Source: Gammaproteobacteria bacterium (GTDB lineage: Bacteria; Pseudomonadota; Gammaproteobacteria; Eutrophobiales; Eutrophobiaceae). From it: a stretch of 64,000 bases of DNA. Positions 27,713 through 37,908 of the stretch are shown here, piece after piece. Made by a program: the position numbers and the translations under genes. Each line of letters begins with the position of its first letter. The stretch's first letter is position 1. Location: contig OZ244905.1 of NCBI GenBank assembly GCA_965221695.1, forward strand, positions 1,344,001 to 1,408,000, written 5' to 3'. The notes under the pieces are model-generated. The model saw nothing but the letters and a program-made list of their open reading frames with translations, had not been told where the DNA came from and ran no database searches.

Positions 27713-29998
27713 ATGATCAATTTCTCATTGAATACAGCAACAAATATCAGGTTCATTGCCGGCCTGCTGTTGTGCGCTTGCGTGATTGTCTTGCCGGCTC
27801 ATGCGCAGCTCATGCTGGAAGAAGTCGTGGTGACGGCGCAGAAGCGGGAACAGAGCCTGCAGGATGTGGGCATTTCCGTGACAGCTTTCAGCGGAAACCA
27901 GATTCGCGAGTTGGGATACACGAACACCATCGATATCGCCGCGCAGACGCCCGGGCTCGGCATTATCCAGTATCACCCGACTCTGACAACGACCAATATT
28001 CGCGGCATCTCCCAAAACGATTTTGGCGATCACTTAGAGCCTCCCATAGCGATGTATGTCGATGAGGCTTATGTCAGCGCGATGGGCGCCGGTCATGTGC
28101 AACTGTTTGACCTGCAAAGGGTGGAAATATTGCGGGGGCCGCAGGGAACGCTGTTTGGCCGCAACGCAACCGGCGGTTTGCTGCACTATATCAGCGCCAG
28201 GCCGACCGAGGCTCCCGAAGGCTATCTTGAATTCACTTACGGTTCCTATAATCAAAAGAAGTTTGAAGGAGCCATCAGCGGCTCCTTGACGGACAATCTC
28301 CTGGCGCGGGTGTCATTCGCCGGCAATTTTCACGATGGCGTCGGCGAAAACCGGATTGGACCGGATGTGCGCGGCAGCGACCACTACGCGTTGCGCGGCC
28401 AACTGGAATTCCGCCCCGCCGAAAACGTTACACTGAATCTGAAAGCGCATTATTCGAATGATGACGACGAGCATGGCAATGCTTACACGCATGCGCCCAT
28501 CTCGGCAGATGAAGACGGCCTTGGTTATGCAATCAGCCCGGATTCGCTGGTAAACGAGTTCTGCCCGGGGTGTGACTTTTTCGGTTATCGCGACCCTGAT
28601 GGCGACCCCTTCACCGGCTCTTATGATTATATCGGAGAATTTCGCCGGTCGATTGCCGGCATAACCGGCAAGTTGACCTGGGATGCCGGCGCAATAACCG
28701 TTACGTCAATAACCGATTACCTGCAGATGAATAAAAACTACGGCGAAGATACGGACGGTTCGCCCAATCCTGTTTTCGTGTTTATAACCGACCAGGATTT
28801 TGAACAGTTCTCGCAGGAACTGAGACTCAACGGCGATGTGGGTGAGAACCTGCGCTGGACGACAGGGTTTTATTACCTGGATATCGACCATGCGGGCAAC
28901 CTGAATTACTTTCTGGACCTTCCGTTCTTCTCGCCGACTTATTCCTTCGGCGAACCCACATCGTATATTGAAGGACCAACGACCAATAATGTAGACACTG
29001 AGTCCTGGGCCATCTTCGGCCACCTGGAGTATGATTTTAACGAGAACTGGGGAGTGATTGCCGCGTTGCGTTACACCGAAGACGACAGGAATACGGTGTT
29101 CGAATCGGCGGACATCCTGGGCGGAAACGTGACCGGTCTCGGTTTCACGCTCACTATTCCGTTTGATCTCAGAGACGACCCGAATTATGACCTGTTTGAC
29201 CAGAGTTTCGAGAACGTATCCGCCAAGTTCGAAATAGACTGGCGCCCGACTGACGACACCCTGGTATTTGCCAGCTTCAACCGCGGTCATAAGGCCGGGG
29301 GATCGCGAGTGATGGCGGGTGGAAATCCCACCACTCCGATACCAACATTCCCTCACGATGAAGAAGTACTGCATAGTTGGGAGGTGGGTATCAAGACTAC
29401 CTTTATGAATGGACGGGCGCAATTGAATGCCAGTGCGTTCTATTACGATTATAAGGACTACCAGGCTTTCGTTATAATTCCGGACGTGATACCGGCCTCC
29501 CTGACCATCATTAACCTGGATGCAGAAGCAGTCGGCGGTGAAGTTGAACTGACGCTGGCGCCTACCGACCGCCTGAGTTTCCGTTTGGGCGCGGCATTCA
29601 TCGACAGTGAGGTCAAGGATGTTCTGCTACCGAGCGGTCGCCTGGTTGATAATGACCTGCCATACGCACCGGATATCAGTTTAAATGGGCTGGCCCGCTA
29701 TGAATGGCCCGCTTTCGGCGGTTCCCTGGCGATCCAGGGTGATTTCAACTATTCTGACAATTTCTGTTTCAGCGTGCTGTGCGCGCCCATCGACCAGGAA
29801 GATTCCTTTGTAATCGGAAATTTCCGGGTCAGTTACACCAGCGGTGACGAACGCTGGCGACTGGCTGCATTTGTCAATAACATAAGCGATACCGAATACC
29901 GCCTGTATACGCTGGATATCAGTAGTTTGTCCTTCGCCACGGATGCCTATGCTCACCCGCGTTGGGCCGGCGGCACGATTACCTTTAACTGGAAATAA
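27713..29998 (+). CDS. TonB-dependent receptor
   Basis: Signal peptide ending AHA, LEEVVVTAQKRE and RVEILRGPQGTLFGRNATGG. The start follows GGAGATGG. Confidence 0.93.
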   Translation: MINFSLNTATNIRFIAGLLLCACVIVLPAHAQLMLEEVVVTAQKREQSLQDVGISVTAFSGNQIRELGYTNTIDIAAQTPGLGIIQYHPTLTTTNIRGISQNDFGDHLEPPIAMYVDEAYVSAMGAGHVQLFDLQRVEILRGPQGTLFGRNATGGLLHYISARPTEAPEGYLEFTYGSYNQKKFEGAISGSLTDNLLARVSFAGNFHDGVGENRIGPDVRGSDHYALRGQLEFRPAENVTLNLKAHYSNDDDEHGNAYTHAPISADEDGLGYAISPDSLVNEFCPGCDFFGYRDPDGDPFTGSYDYIGEFRRSIAGITGKLTWDAGAITVTSITDYLQMNKNYGEDTDGSPNPVFVFITDQDFEQFSQELRLNGDVGENLRWTTGFYYLDIDHAGNLNYFLDLPFFSPTYSFGEPTSYIEGPTTNNVDTESWAIFGHLEYDFNENWGVIAALRYTEDDRNTVFESADILGGNVTGLGFTLTIPFDLRDDPNYDLFDQSFENVSAKFEIDWRPTDDTLVFASFNRGHKAGGSRVMAGGNPTTPIPTFPHDEEVLHSWEVGIKTTFMNGRAQLNASAFYYDYKDYQAFVIIPDVIPASLTIINLDAEAVGGEVELTLAPTDRLSFRLGAAFIDSEVKDVLLPSGRLVDNDLPYAPDISLNGLARYEWPAFGGSLAIQGDFNYSDNFCFSVLCAPIDQEDSFVIGNFRVSYTSGDERWRLAAFVNNISDTEYRLYTLDISSLSFATDAYAHPRWAGGTITFNWK

Positions 29999-30026
29999 AT
30001 CAGAAGGGCAATCCCGGAATTTGCCA

Positions 30027-31637
30027 ATGGCCCTAAACGCAGCCTATGACGCCGTTATCATCGGCGCCGGCCACAACGGATTGACCTGTGCCAACTACCT
30101 GGCCCGTAAAGGACTGAAGGTGAAGGTGGTTGAACGCCGCCATGTGGTCGGTGGCGCAGTGGTCACGGAAGAGTTCCATCCGGGTTACCGGAATTCAACC
30201 TGTTCCTATGCGGTGAGCCTGCTCAATCCAAAAGTTATCCGTGATCTCGAACTGCATAAATTCGGGCTCGAAATAAAGGACAGGGAATTTACCGCCCTGG
30301 TGCTGGGCGCTGACGACACCTACCTGTTCACCGACACCGACAGCGAAAGCGACCAGGACGATTTTCTTGCGCAGTTGCGCCACGGCTGTCCGGGAGACGA
30401 TGCAGCCTATCCCGACTATGACGCAGTGATCCAACAGGTTGCCGACGTATTACGGGACATGGCGCTGGAGACACCACCGAATATCGGTGGCGGATTGACG
30501 GACTTGTGGCGCGCCGGAAAACTGGCGAACAGGATGCGGCGTTTGCAGCCCGCGCTGCAACGGGAAACGATCAAGCTGTTTACCATGAGCGTAGCGGATT
30601 ACCTGAAACAGTGGTTCGGCGGGGACTTGATACTGGCGCTGGAGAGTTATATCGCGATGGTGGGCAACATGCAATCGGTCTACTCCGGCGGTTCGGCCTA
30701 TGTGCTGCTGCACCACATGTTCGGCGAGGTAAACGGGATGAAAGGGCGCTGGGGGCATGTCACGGGCGGGATGGGCGGCATCACCCAGGCCATGGCGAGG
30801 TCTGCCGAAGCGCAGGGTGTAGAAATTGAGGTCAACGCGCCGGCGCAGGAAGTGATCGTGAAAAATAAGCGCGCGGTTGGCGTCAGGTTGGAAGACGGAC
30901 GGGAGATACATGCAAAAGTCGTCGCGGCAAATGTCAATCCGAAGTTGCTGTTCCAGAGACTGGTGAATCAAGCACATCTGGAGTCGGATTTCAAACGCCA
31001 GATGGATAATTATCGCTGTGTCAGCGGCACATTCCGCATGAACGTGGCGCTCAGCGAGCTGCCGCGCTTCCGTTGCCTTGATGGGAAACCGAATTACGAG
31101 CGTTACCTGCAGGGAAGCGTATTCGTCACCAACTCAATGGAATACAACGAGCGCGCCTATCTAGACGCCATCAACCTGGGCTGGTCAGAAGAACCCATTG
31201 TCCACATGATGGTTCCCTCGGTCTACGACCACACCCTGGCGCCGGAAGGCAAACATGTGGCCAGCCTGTTTTGCCAGCATTTCAACCCGCAACTGCCCGA
31301 CGGCAAATCCTGGGACGATGTCAGGGAACAGGTCGCAGATTTAATCATCGATACCGTTAATGACTACGCGCCCAATTTCAAGGATGCGGTAGTGGGTCGT
31401 CTGGCGCTCAGCCCATTGGACCTGGAACGGGAATTCGGGCTGATCGGCGGCGATATATTCCACGGCTGTATCCAGCCGGACCAACTCTTTTCACTCAGGC
31501 CCGTAGCCGGGCATGCCGATTATCGGATGCCGGTCAAAGGCCTTTACCTGTGCGGCTCCGGCGCCCACCCCGGCGGCGGAGTAACCGGCTGCCCGGGGCA
31601 TAACGCCGCGCGGGAGATCCTGAAGGATATCCGGTAG
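30027..31637 (+). CDS. NAD(P)/FAD-dependent oxidoreductase, phytoene-desaturase/PYROXD2-like family
   Basis: IIGAGHNGLTCA, GGAVVTEEFHPG, GGMGGITQAM and LYLCGSGAHPGGGVTG. Confidence 0.88.
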   Translation: MALNAAYDAVIIGAGHNGLTCANYLARKGLKVKVVERRHVVGGAVVTEEFHPGYRNSTCSYAVSLLNPKVIRDLELHKFGLEIKDREFTALVLGADDTYLFTDTDSESDQDDFLAQLRHGCPGDDAAYPDYDAVIQQVADVLRDMALETPPNIGGGLTDLWRAGKLANRMRRLQPALQRETIKLFTMSVADYLKQWFGGDLILALESYIAMVGNMQSVYSGGSAYVLLHHMFGEVNGMKGRWGHVTGGMGGITQAMARSAEAQGVEIEVNAPAQEVIVKNKRAVGVRLEDGREIHAKVVAANVNPKLLFQRLVNQAHLESDFKRQMDNYRCVSGTFRMNVALSELPRFRCLDGKPNYERYLQGSVFVTNSMEYNERAYLDAINLGWSEEPIVHMMVPSVYDHTLAPEGKHVASLFCQHFNPQLPDGKSWDDVREQVADLIIDTVNDYAPNFKDAVVGRLALSPLDLEREFGLIGGDIFHGCIQPDQLFSLRPVAGHADYRMPVKGLYLCGSGAHPGGGVTGCPGHNAAREILKDIR

Positions 31638-31669
31638 TTCACGAGAAACTCAACGATATAAACAGATTG

Positions 31670-31702
31670 AAGGAAACTCTGAGACCTAATCAGAGTTTCC
31701 TT
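31670..31702 (+). repeat. Short hairpin copy of family R1, possibly a terminator between convergent genes
   Basis: AAGGAAACTCTGA-GACCTAA-TCAGAGTTTCCTT, a perfect 13-bp stem. Confidence 0.8.
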
Positions 31703-31732
31703 AATTCTATTTCCAATCTGCGCAAGTTCCTC

Positions 31733-32026
31733 TCAAGCAACGTCAAGTTTTTCGAAATCGTCTAGGTTGATATTCTGCCGCGCTTTCCACAAATCGAAAT
31801 TGTCCTGCATTGCCAGCCAGCTTTCCGGAGACCTGCCAATGACTTTGGATAACTTGAGCGCCATGGTTGGTGTGATGCTGCCCTTGGCGTTGAGAATCCG
31901 GCTAATCACGGATTCACTGACCCGTAACCTCTCTGCCAGTTGTTTCGCGCCGATGTCAAAGGGTTCCAGGTAAACCCGCCTGATAAAAGCGCCCGGATGC
32001 ATGGGATTATGCTGTTCAATAATCAT
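31733..32026 (-). CDS. higA: HigA family antitoxin (HTH-XRE)
   Basis: HNPMHPG, ITPTMALKLSK and SPESWLAMQDNFDLW. Confidence 0.9.
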   Translation of the reverse strand: MIIEQHNPMHPGAFIRRVYLEPFDIGAKQLAERLRVSESVISRILNAKGSITPTMALKLSKVIGRSPESWLAMQDNFDLWKARQNINLDDFEKLDVA

Positions 32027-32304
32027 TAGTGATAATCCTCATAATCTACGGCATAGGCGTGACCGTCGATGAATTCAAATACGATGCGCCTGTTGCCGCT
32101 TACGTTGATTGCCCACTGCCCTTTCCTGTCACCCTTGAGTGGGTGCAGGCGCCAACCGGGTATATTCATATCCTCGATTGAAAATGCAGTATGTAAAGCC
32201 TGTAACCGTTCTTCAATCCGGGCTTTATGGGTTGGCAGAATACCGACCGCGCTACCCGAGGTGAAGAATTTCTCCAGTCCCTTATGCTTGAAGCTCCTGA
32301 TCAT
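32026..32304 (-). CDS. higB: HigB (RelE/ParE superfamily) toxin
   Basis: MIRSFKHKGLEKFF, LHPLKGDRKGQWAINVSGN and DYEDYH; toxin lies upstream of the antitoxin. Confidence 0.9.
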   Translation of the reverse strand: MIRSFKHKGLEKFFTSGSAVGILPTHKARIEERLQALHTAFSIEDMNIPGWRLHPLKGDRKGQWAINVSGNRRIVFEFIDGHAYAVDYEDYH

Positions 32305-32410
32305 AACGGCTTGTACTTTACACTTGCGCAAGTTGGAATTCAAGCATGGATGAGATTAATGACTGCAATTCCTTTCGCATGGCATTACAATACCCGGGCA
32401 AATCCGGACT

Positions 32411-32953
32411 ATGATGAAGCCCGCGCTATTCCTTATATTGTTCTCCGCCGCTGCCTGGGCGGCCGACGAAGTAACCGTAGAACGCGTCTCCTCGGAGGTG
32501 GTCGATGGCGCTTGCTACGTGGATGCGCGCATCAATTTCAACTTGCATGAAGACCTGCTGGAGGCGCTGGACCATGGTGTGGAACTGGACGCGCGTATCA
32601 TTATCAGGGTCAGGGAACAACGCAAGTGGCTCTGGGACCGGCTCTACGAGGAGGATGTCATAAAGTTCAAACTCGACCACTTGCTGCTGTCAAACGTCTA
32701 CATTGTCACCGATGTCCGCAATGCCCGGCGGCGGCAGTTTGATACGTTGGAAAATGCGCTAAAATATATGGGCACGCTGGACCGATACCTGTTATTTGAG
32801 AACAAGCATATCGGCGCAGGAACAAACCTGGTCGGTTCACTGAAAACCGTGTTAAATGTGAAAAACCTTCCTGAGCCGTTGAAACCTGTTGCCTCCCTGC
32901 TCAACAAGTGGCAATCCGACAGCAAATGGCACAAGTGGACCATCACAGAATGA
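32411..32953 (+). CDS. DUF4390 domain exported protein
   Basis: Signal peptide, EALDHGV and LPEPL, in the canonical position upstream of ntrY. Confidence 0.8.
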   Translation: MMKPALFLILFSAAAWAADEVTVERVSSEVVDGACYVDARINFNLHEDLLEALDHGVELDARIIIRVREQRKWLWDRLYEEDVIKFKLDHLLLSNVYIVTDVRNARRRQFDTLENALKYMGTLDRYLLFENKHIGAGTNLVGSLKTVLNVKNLPEPLKPVASLLNKWQSDSKWHKWTITE

Positions 32954-35172
32954 AATCCGGGCTAAGCGGCGGACGCTGGATCCTGCTGTCGGGCGTACTG
33001 CTGTTCGCCTGCATGCTGACCTCACTGCTGATCCTAAGCCAGGCCTTGCAAAACCCGGCTCAGTTCGATGAATTCTATTCCGGCCTACTGATCTTCAACA
33101 CGCTGGGACTGCTCGCCCTGGTCATTCTGATCGGGCTGAATTTCCGCGGCCTGATCAGACAGGCGCGGAAACGTATTGCCGGCGCCCGCCTGACGGTGCG
33201 CATGGTTACCATGTTTGCAATCCTGTCGGTCACGCCGATACTCATCCTGTACTACTTCTCGCTGGATTTCCTCTACCGGGGCATCGATAGCTGGTTCGAT
33301 TTGCGCGTCGAACAAGCGCTGGAAGACTCGTTGGAATTGAGCCGGCTCGGTCTTGAGAATCGCATGAAGGAACTGCTCAGACAGTCTGAGGAAATGGCTG
33401 AAGAGATCGCGCGCACGCCTGACGCGTCGATCCCCCTCGAAGTCGACCGCCTGCGTGGCCGAAGCGGCGCTGATGAACTGACCGTGATGACGAGACAGGG
33501 AATTATTATCGGTTCCAGTTCGGCAAACCCGGACAACCTGGTACCGGAAGCGCCCGACGAGAGCGTACTGTTCCAGGTTTTGCAGGGCAACAGTTATATC
33601 GGTATGGACACCATCAGAAATGCCGGGCTGTCCTTCCGGGTTGTGGTAAACCTGCCAATTTACGGCTTCGGCGTGGGTCCGCGCATGCTGCATGCGTTGT
33701 ATCCCGTCACCGAACGGGTGAACGAACTGGCGCAAAGCGTCCAGTCGGCGTTTACCCAGTATGAGGAACTGTCTTACCTGAGAGAGCAGCTCAAACTGAG
33801 TTTTGTCCTGATCCTGACCATGGTCTTCCTGTTCAGCATGTTTTCCGCGGTATGGGCCGCGTTTTACTCCGCCAGGAGACTGGTCGCGCCGATACGTGAC
33901 CTCGCCGAAGGGACCAAATCCGTCGCAGAAGGCGACTACCATACCACGCTGCCGGTACCGGCAAATGATGAACTGGGGTTCCTGGTCGCGTCGTTCAACG
34001 ACATGACCCGCAAAATCGCCAGCGCCAGGGACGCGGCCAAACGCAGCCAGGACGAAGCGGAGACCCAGCAGAAATACCTGGAGGCGGTCCTGGAACGGCT
34101 GTCGTCAGGTGTGCTGGTACTGGATTCGGAGAGCTGCCTGCGCACCGTCAATATCAGCGGCGGCAGGATCCTCGGCCTGGATATCACCGAGATCATCGGC
34201 CATGCGTTCAGCAGCATCTGTGAGCGCTACAAACACCTGGAACAACTTCATAGCACGATCCGGTCCCACATAGACCGGAACGAGCAGGCCTGGGACCAGC
34301 AGGTAATCCTGTTCGGCGCTAGCGGCCGCCAGGTGCTGATGTGCCGGGGCACATCTGTTGTCCCCGCCCGGGAAAAAGCGCCGGTCCATATCATAGTTTT
34401 CGACGACATCACCGCGCTGCTGCAAGGGCAGCGGGACGCTGCCTGGGGCGAAATGGCGCGCCGCCTTGCGCACGAGATCAAAAACCCGCTGACGCCCATT
34501 CAACTGGCGGCGGAGAGACTGCGTCATAAATTCCTCGGGTCTTCGCCACCGGAGCGAGCGGATACCCTGGACCGGCTCACTACTACGATAATCAATCAGG
34601 TGGAAACGATGAAAGGCATGGTCAATGCTTTTTCCGACTACGCCAGAGCGCCGGTCACGTCGCCCAGGGCGGTGGACCTCAACCGCCTGCTGGAGGAAGT
34701 TGCGGACCTGTACCGGGATATGGATACCAGCGTCACGATCAGTCTCAAGCTTACCGAAGGTCATTCCACCATCAGCGCAGACCCGGAACGCCTGCGGCAG
34801 GTCTTCAATAATGTCATCAAGAACGCGCTTGATGCCCGCGTCGAGGGAAAAGATCTGTCCCTGTCAATCTCTACCGCGCGTATCAGCCAACTGGCCATGG
34901 ATTACATGGAGGTCCGCATCCGGGATACCGGCAGCGGCGTAAACGAGGATATAATGGCAACCGTATTCGAACCCTACGTAACCACCAAACAGAAAGGCAC
35001 AGGCCTGGGGCTGGCAATCGTGAAGAAAATTGTGGAAGAACATGGCGGTCTGGTAATGATCAGGAACAACATGGACGGACCCGGCGCCTGTATCATCATC
35101 AGGTTGCCGGTAACCAGGAATGAAACAGCGCCGGCGCGCGCGGCAGTTGAAAGCAGTGGCGCTTTGACATGA
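32950..35172 (+). CDS. ntrY: NtrY-like sensor histidine kinase (HAMP-PAS-HisKA-HATPase)
   Basis: AWGEMARRLAHEIKNPLTPIQL and FEPYVTTKQKGTGLGL; ATGA-coupled to DUF4390. Confidence 0.9.
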   Translation: MKSGLSGGRWILLSGVLLFACMLTSLLILSQALQNPAQFDEFYSGLLIFNTLGLLALVILIGLNFRGLIRQARKRIAGARLTVRMVTMFAILSVTPILILYYFSLDFLYRGIDSWFDLRVEQALEDSLELSRLGLENRMKELLRQSEEMAEEIARTPDASIPLEVDRLRGRSGADELTVMTRQGIIIGSSSANPDNLVPEAPDESVLFQVLQGNSYIGMDTIRNAGLSFRVVVNLPIYGFGVGPRMLHALYPVTERVNELAQSVQSAFTQYEELSYLREQLKLSFVLILTMVFLFSMFSAVWAAFYSARRLVAPIRDLAEGTKSVAEGDYHTTLPVPANDELGFLVASFNDMTRKIASARDAAKRSQDEAETQQKYLEAVLERLSSGVLVLDSESCLRTVNISGGRILGLDITEIIGHAFSSICERYKHLEQLHSTIRSHIDRNEQAWDQQVILFGASGRQVLMCRGTSVVPAREKAPVHIIVFDDITALLQGQRDAAWGEMARRLAHEIKNPLTPIQLAAERLRHKFLGSSPPERADTLDRLTTTIINQVETMKGMVNAFSDYARAPVTSPRAVDLNRLLEEVADLYRDMDTSVTISLKLTEGHSTISADPERLRQVFNNVIKNALDARVEGKDLSLSISTARISQLAMDYMEVRIRDTGSGVNEDIMATVFEPYVTTKQKGTGLGLAIVKKIVEEHGGLVMIRNNMDGPGACIIIRLPVTRNETAPARAAVESSGALT

Positions 35173-36527
35173 ACCCCGGCGAAAAAATACTTGTCGTTGA
35201 TGATGAGGCAGAGATCAGGAACCTGATCCGGGAGATCCTTGAAGACGAGGGATTCGAGGTTGCGACTGCGGATAACGGCGCCGGCGCGCGGGCGCTGCTG
35301 GAACAGTTTCGGCCCAGGCTGGTGCTGCTGGATATCTGGATGCCGGACATGGATGGCATTACCCTGTTGAAGGAATGGCATGAGTCAGGCAAGCTGACCC
35401 ATCCCGTCATCATGATGTCCGGGCACGGGAACATTGGCACTGCGGTCGAGGCCACGCGGCTCGGCGCTTACGATTACCTGGAAAAACCCCTGTCCATGGC
35501 CAAGTTGACCCTGACGATAAAAAATGCGCTGGACGCATCCAGGTTGCGCAGGGAAAATCTGAGGCTGCGCAGACACTCGCAGGAGCCGCACCGTGTTATC
35601 GGCAAAAGCAAGCCGATGACAAAACTGCGCGCACAGTTGAACAAGGTTGCCGGCTTGGATACCCCGATACTGATCATCGGCGAACCCGGCACGGACAAAG
35701 AGGCCGTCGCCCGCCACTTGCATGCAGCCAGCGCGCGCAAGGACAAATCCTTTGTCACCATGACCGTACCGGTCAAGGATCAAGAATCCGTGATCAACGA
35801 GTTGTATGGCGAACAGACCGGGACCGGGACCCAGGGCGGCTTCTTAGATGAGGCTGAAGGAGGAACACTGTTCATCAAGGATATTGCCGATATGAACCTC
35901 GCAACGCAGGCGCGCCTGCAAGACACACTGAAGAGCCAGACCTACAAACGAGTCAACGGCGCCGCAACGATCCCGCTTAATACCAGGATCATCGCTGCCA
36001 CCCGCTACAACCTTGCCGACCGGGTTAAGGACGCGGCGTTCATGGACGAACTTTTTTTCCAATTGAACGTGCTGCCGATAAGCGTGCCGCCGCTCAGGGA
36101 ACACTATGAAGATGTGCCCGATATCCTGGAATATTTCGTCACCTGGTTTATCGAGCGGGAAGGGTTGCCATACCGGTCCTTTTCCACTGCGGCGCAAAAC
36201 AGGCTGCGCCGCTATCCCTGGCCCGGAAATACCCGGGAGTTAAAAAATCTTGTGCAAAGAATGCTGATAACGGGCGGAGCTGCGACCATCGACCTGGATG
36301 AAGTTGAGGCGGCGTTGGGAGATGCGCCGGCAAGAAGAGACACCGAAAGTGTGAAAAACCTGGACCTCCCGTTGCGCCAGGCGCGGGAAAACTTTGAGCG
36401 CGACTACCTGGAATACCAGTTGAAACTGGCCAATGGCAGCGTCAGCAAAATGGCCAGGAACGTACACATGGAACGCACCCATCTATACAGGAAGCTTAAG
36501 GCTCTGGGCATCAACATAAAATCGTGA
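35169..36527 (+). CDS. ntrX: NtrX-like response regulator (REC-AAA-HTH)
   Basis: LDIWMPDMDG, MMSGHG and MERTHLYRKL. The AAA+ motifs are degenerate. Confidence 0.88.
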   Translation: MNPGEKILVVDDEAEIRNLIREILEDEGFEVATADNGAGARALLEQFRPRLVLLDIWMPDMDGITLLKEWHESGKLTHPVIMMSGHGNIGTAVEATRLGAYDYLEKPLSMAKLTLTIKNALDASRLRRENLRLRRHSQEPHRVIGKSKPMTKLRAQLNKVAGLDTPILIIGEPGTDKEAVARHLHAASARKDKSFVTMTVPVKDQESVINELYGEQTGTGTQGGFLDEAEGGTLFIKDIADMNLATQARLQDTLKSQTYKRVNGAATIPLNTRIIAATRYNLADRVKDAAFMDELFFQLNVLPISVPPLREHYEDVPDILEYFVTWFIEREGLPYRSFSTAAQNRLRRYPWPGNTRELKNLVQRMLITGGAATIDLDEVEAALGDAPARRDTESVKNLDLPLRQARENFERDYLEYQLKLANGSVSKMARNVHMERTHLYRKLKALGINIKS

Positions 36528-37897
36528 AGATCATCATTCTCGGGGCCGGACAGGTCGGTTCATCCGTAGCCGCCAATCTTTGCAGTGAGGCCAATGACAT
36601 CACCGTCATCGACCGCAACCCGGCGGTCCTGCGCAACCTGCAGGAACGGCTGGACCTGAAGACAGTAACTGGCTCAGCATCCCATCCCTCGATCCTGGAC
36701 CAGGCCGGCGCGCGCGACGCGGACATGATCATCGCAGTCACTAACAGCGATGAAACCAACATGGTGGCCTGCCAGGTTGCCTACACTGTGTTTCATACGC
36801 CGACCAAAATTGCGCGCGTACGCAACAACGAATACCTAAGCAGCGAGCGGCTGTTTGCGCTGGAGGCCATGCCGGTTGATGTCCTGATCAGCCCAGAACA
36901 GGTCGTGACAGAATATATCGCCCGCTTGATCGACTTTCCCGGCGCTCTCCAGGCGCTTGATTTCGCCTCCGGCCGTGTGCAGATGGTGGCAGTAAAAATG
37001 ACCCATGAAAGCGTGTTCGCCGGCAAAAAGATCAGTGACCTGGCCGGGCACATGCCGAAAATCGAATTTCGTATCGCTTCGATCTTTCGCGGCGGTAGGG
37101 CAATCATCCCCGACGGTGACACCGAAATCCTTGCCGATGACGAGGTGTTCATCATCGGCGCGCCAAAGCATATCAAGAACCTGTTGAAATCGGCCAAGCA
37201 GACCGAAAAACCGGCAAAGCGTATTATCATTGCCGGTGGCGGTAACATCGGCCGGCGCCTGGCAAAGCTGCTGGAAAACAGGTATCAGGTCAAGGTCATC
37301 GAACTGTCGGCTGACATTGCGCAAAAGGCCGCGGAAGAACTGAACAACGCCATCGTGCTCAATGGAGACGCCGCGGACGAGGAACTGCTGAACGAGGAAA
37401 ACATCGACAGCGCCGATGTCTTCTGCGCACTGACCAATGCTGACGAAGCCAACATCATTTCCTGCATGCTGGCAAAGCGTCTGGGCGCGCATAAGGTTAT
37501 GGCCCTGATTAACCGGGCGGCCTATGTCGACCTGGTACAAAGCGATGTCATCGATATTGCCATCTCGCCACAACAGGCGACCATCGGCAGCCTGCTCGCG
37601 CATATTCGAAAAGGCGATGTGGTCGTGGTGCATTCACTGCGGCGCGGCGCGGCGGAAGCCATCGAGGCCATCGCCCACGGCGACCGAACGACCTCCAATG
37701 TTGTCGGCAGGACCATTGAGGAAATCTCCCTGCCACCGGACACCAGCATCGGCGCGATAGTGCGGGACGATACTGTGATCATCGCCCATCACGACACGGT
37801 CATCGCATCGGAGGACCATGTCATCCTGCTGGTAGGCGACAAAAAACGCGTGCCGGAGGTGGAACGACTGTTCCAGGTCAGGATTACCTTCCTCTGA
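36524..37897 (+). CDS. trkA: Trk potassium uptake NAD-binding subunit
   Basis: MKIIILGAGQVG, second RCK domain GGGNIG and SLRRGAAEAIE. Confidence 0.96.
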   Translation: MKIIILGAGQVGSSVAANLCSEANDITVIDRNPAVLRNLQERLDLKTVTGSASHPSILDQAGARDADMIIAVTNSDETNMVACQVAYTVFHTPTKIARVRNNEYLSSERLFALEAMPVDVLISPEQVVTEYIARLIDFPGALQALDFASGRVQMVAVKMTHESVFAGKKISDLAGHMPKIEFRIASIFRGGRAIIPDGDTEILADDEVFIIGAPKHIKNLLKSAKQTEKPAKRIIIAGGGNIGRRLAKLLENRYQVKVIELSADIAQKAAEELNNAIVLNGDAADEELLNEENIDSADVFCALTNADEANIISCMLAKRLGAHKVMALINRAAYVDLVQSDVIDIAISPQQATIGSLLAHIRKGDVVVVHSLRRGAAEAIEAIAHGDRTTSNVVGRTIEEISLPPDTSIGAIVRDDTVIIAHHDTVIASEDHVILLVGDKKRVPEVERLFQVRITFL

Positions 37898-37908
37898 CCC
37901 GCTGCACG

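Noticed and set aside
30027-31637. Carotenoid biosynthesis gene (crtI)
   Set aside because: There are no crtB, crtE or crtY neighbours. The sequence fits the broader PYROXD2-like family and the context is catabolic.
31640-32410. Integron cassette carrying higBA
   Set aside because: I could not identify an attC with RYYYAAC...GTTRRRY boxes, and there is no integron integrase in the window.
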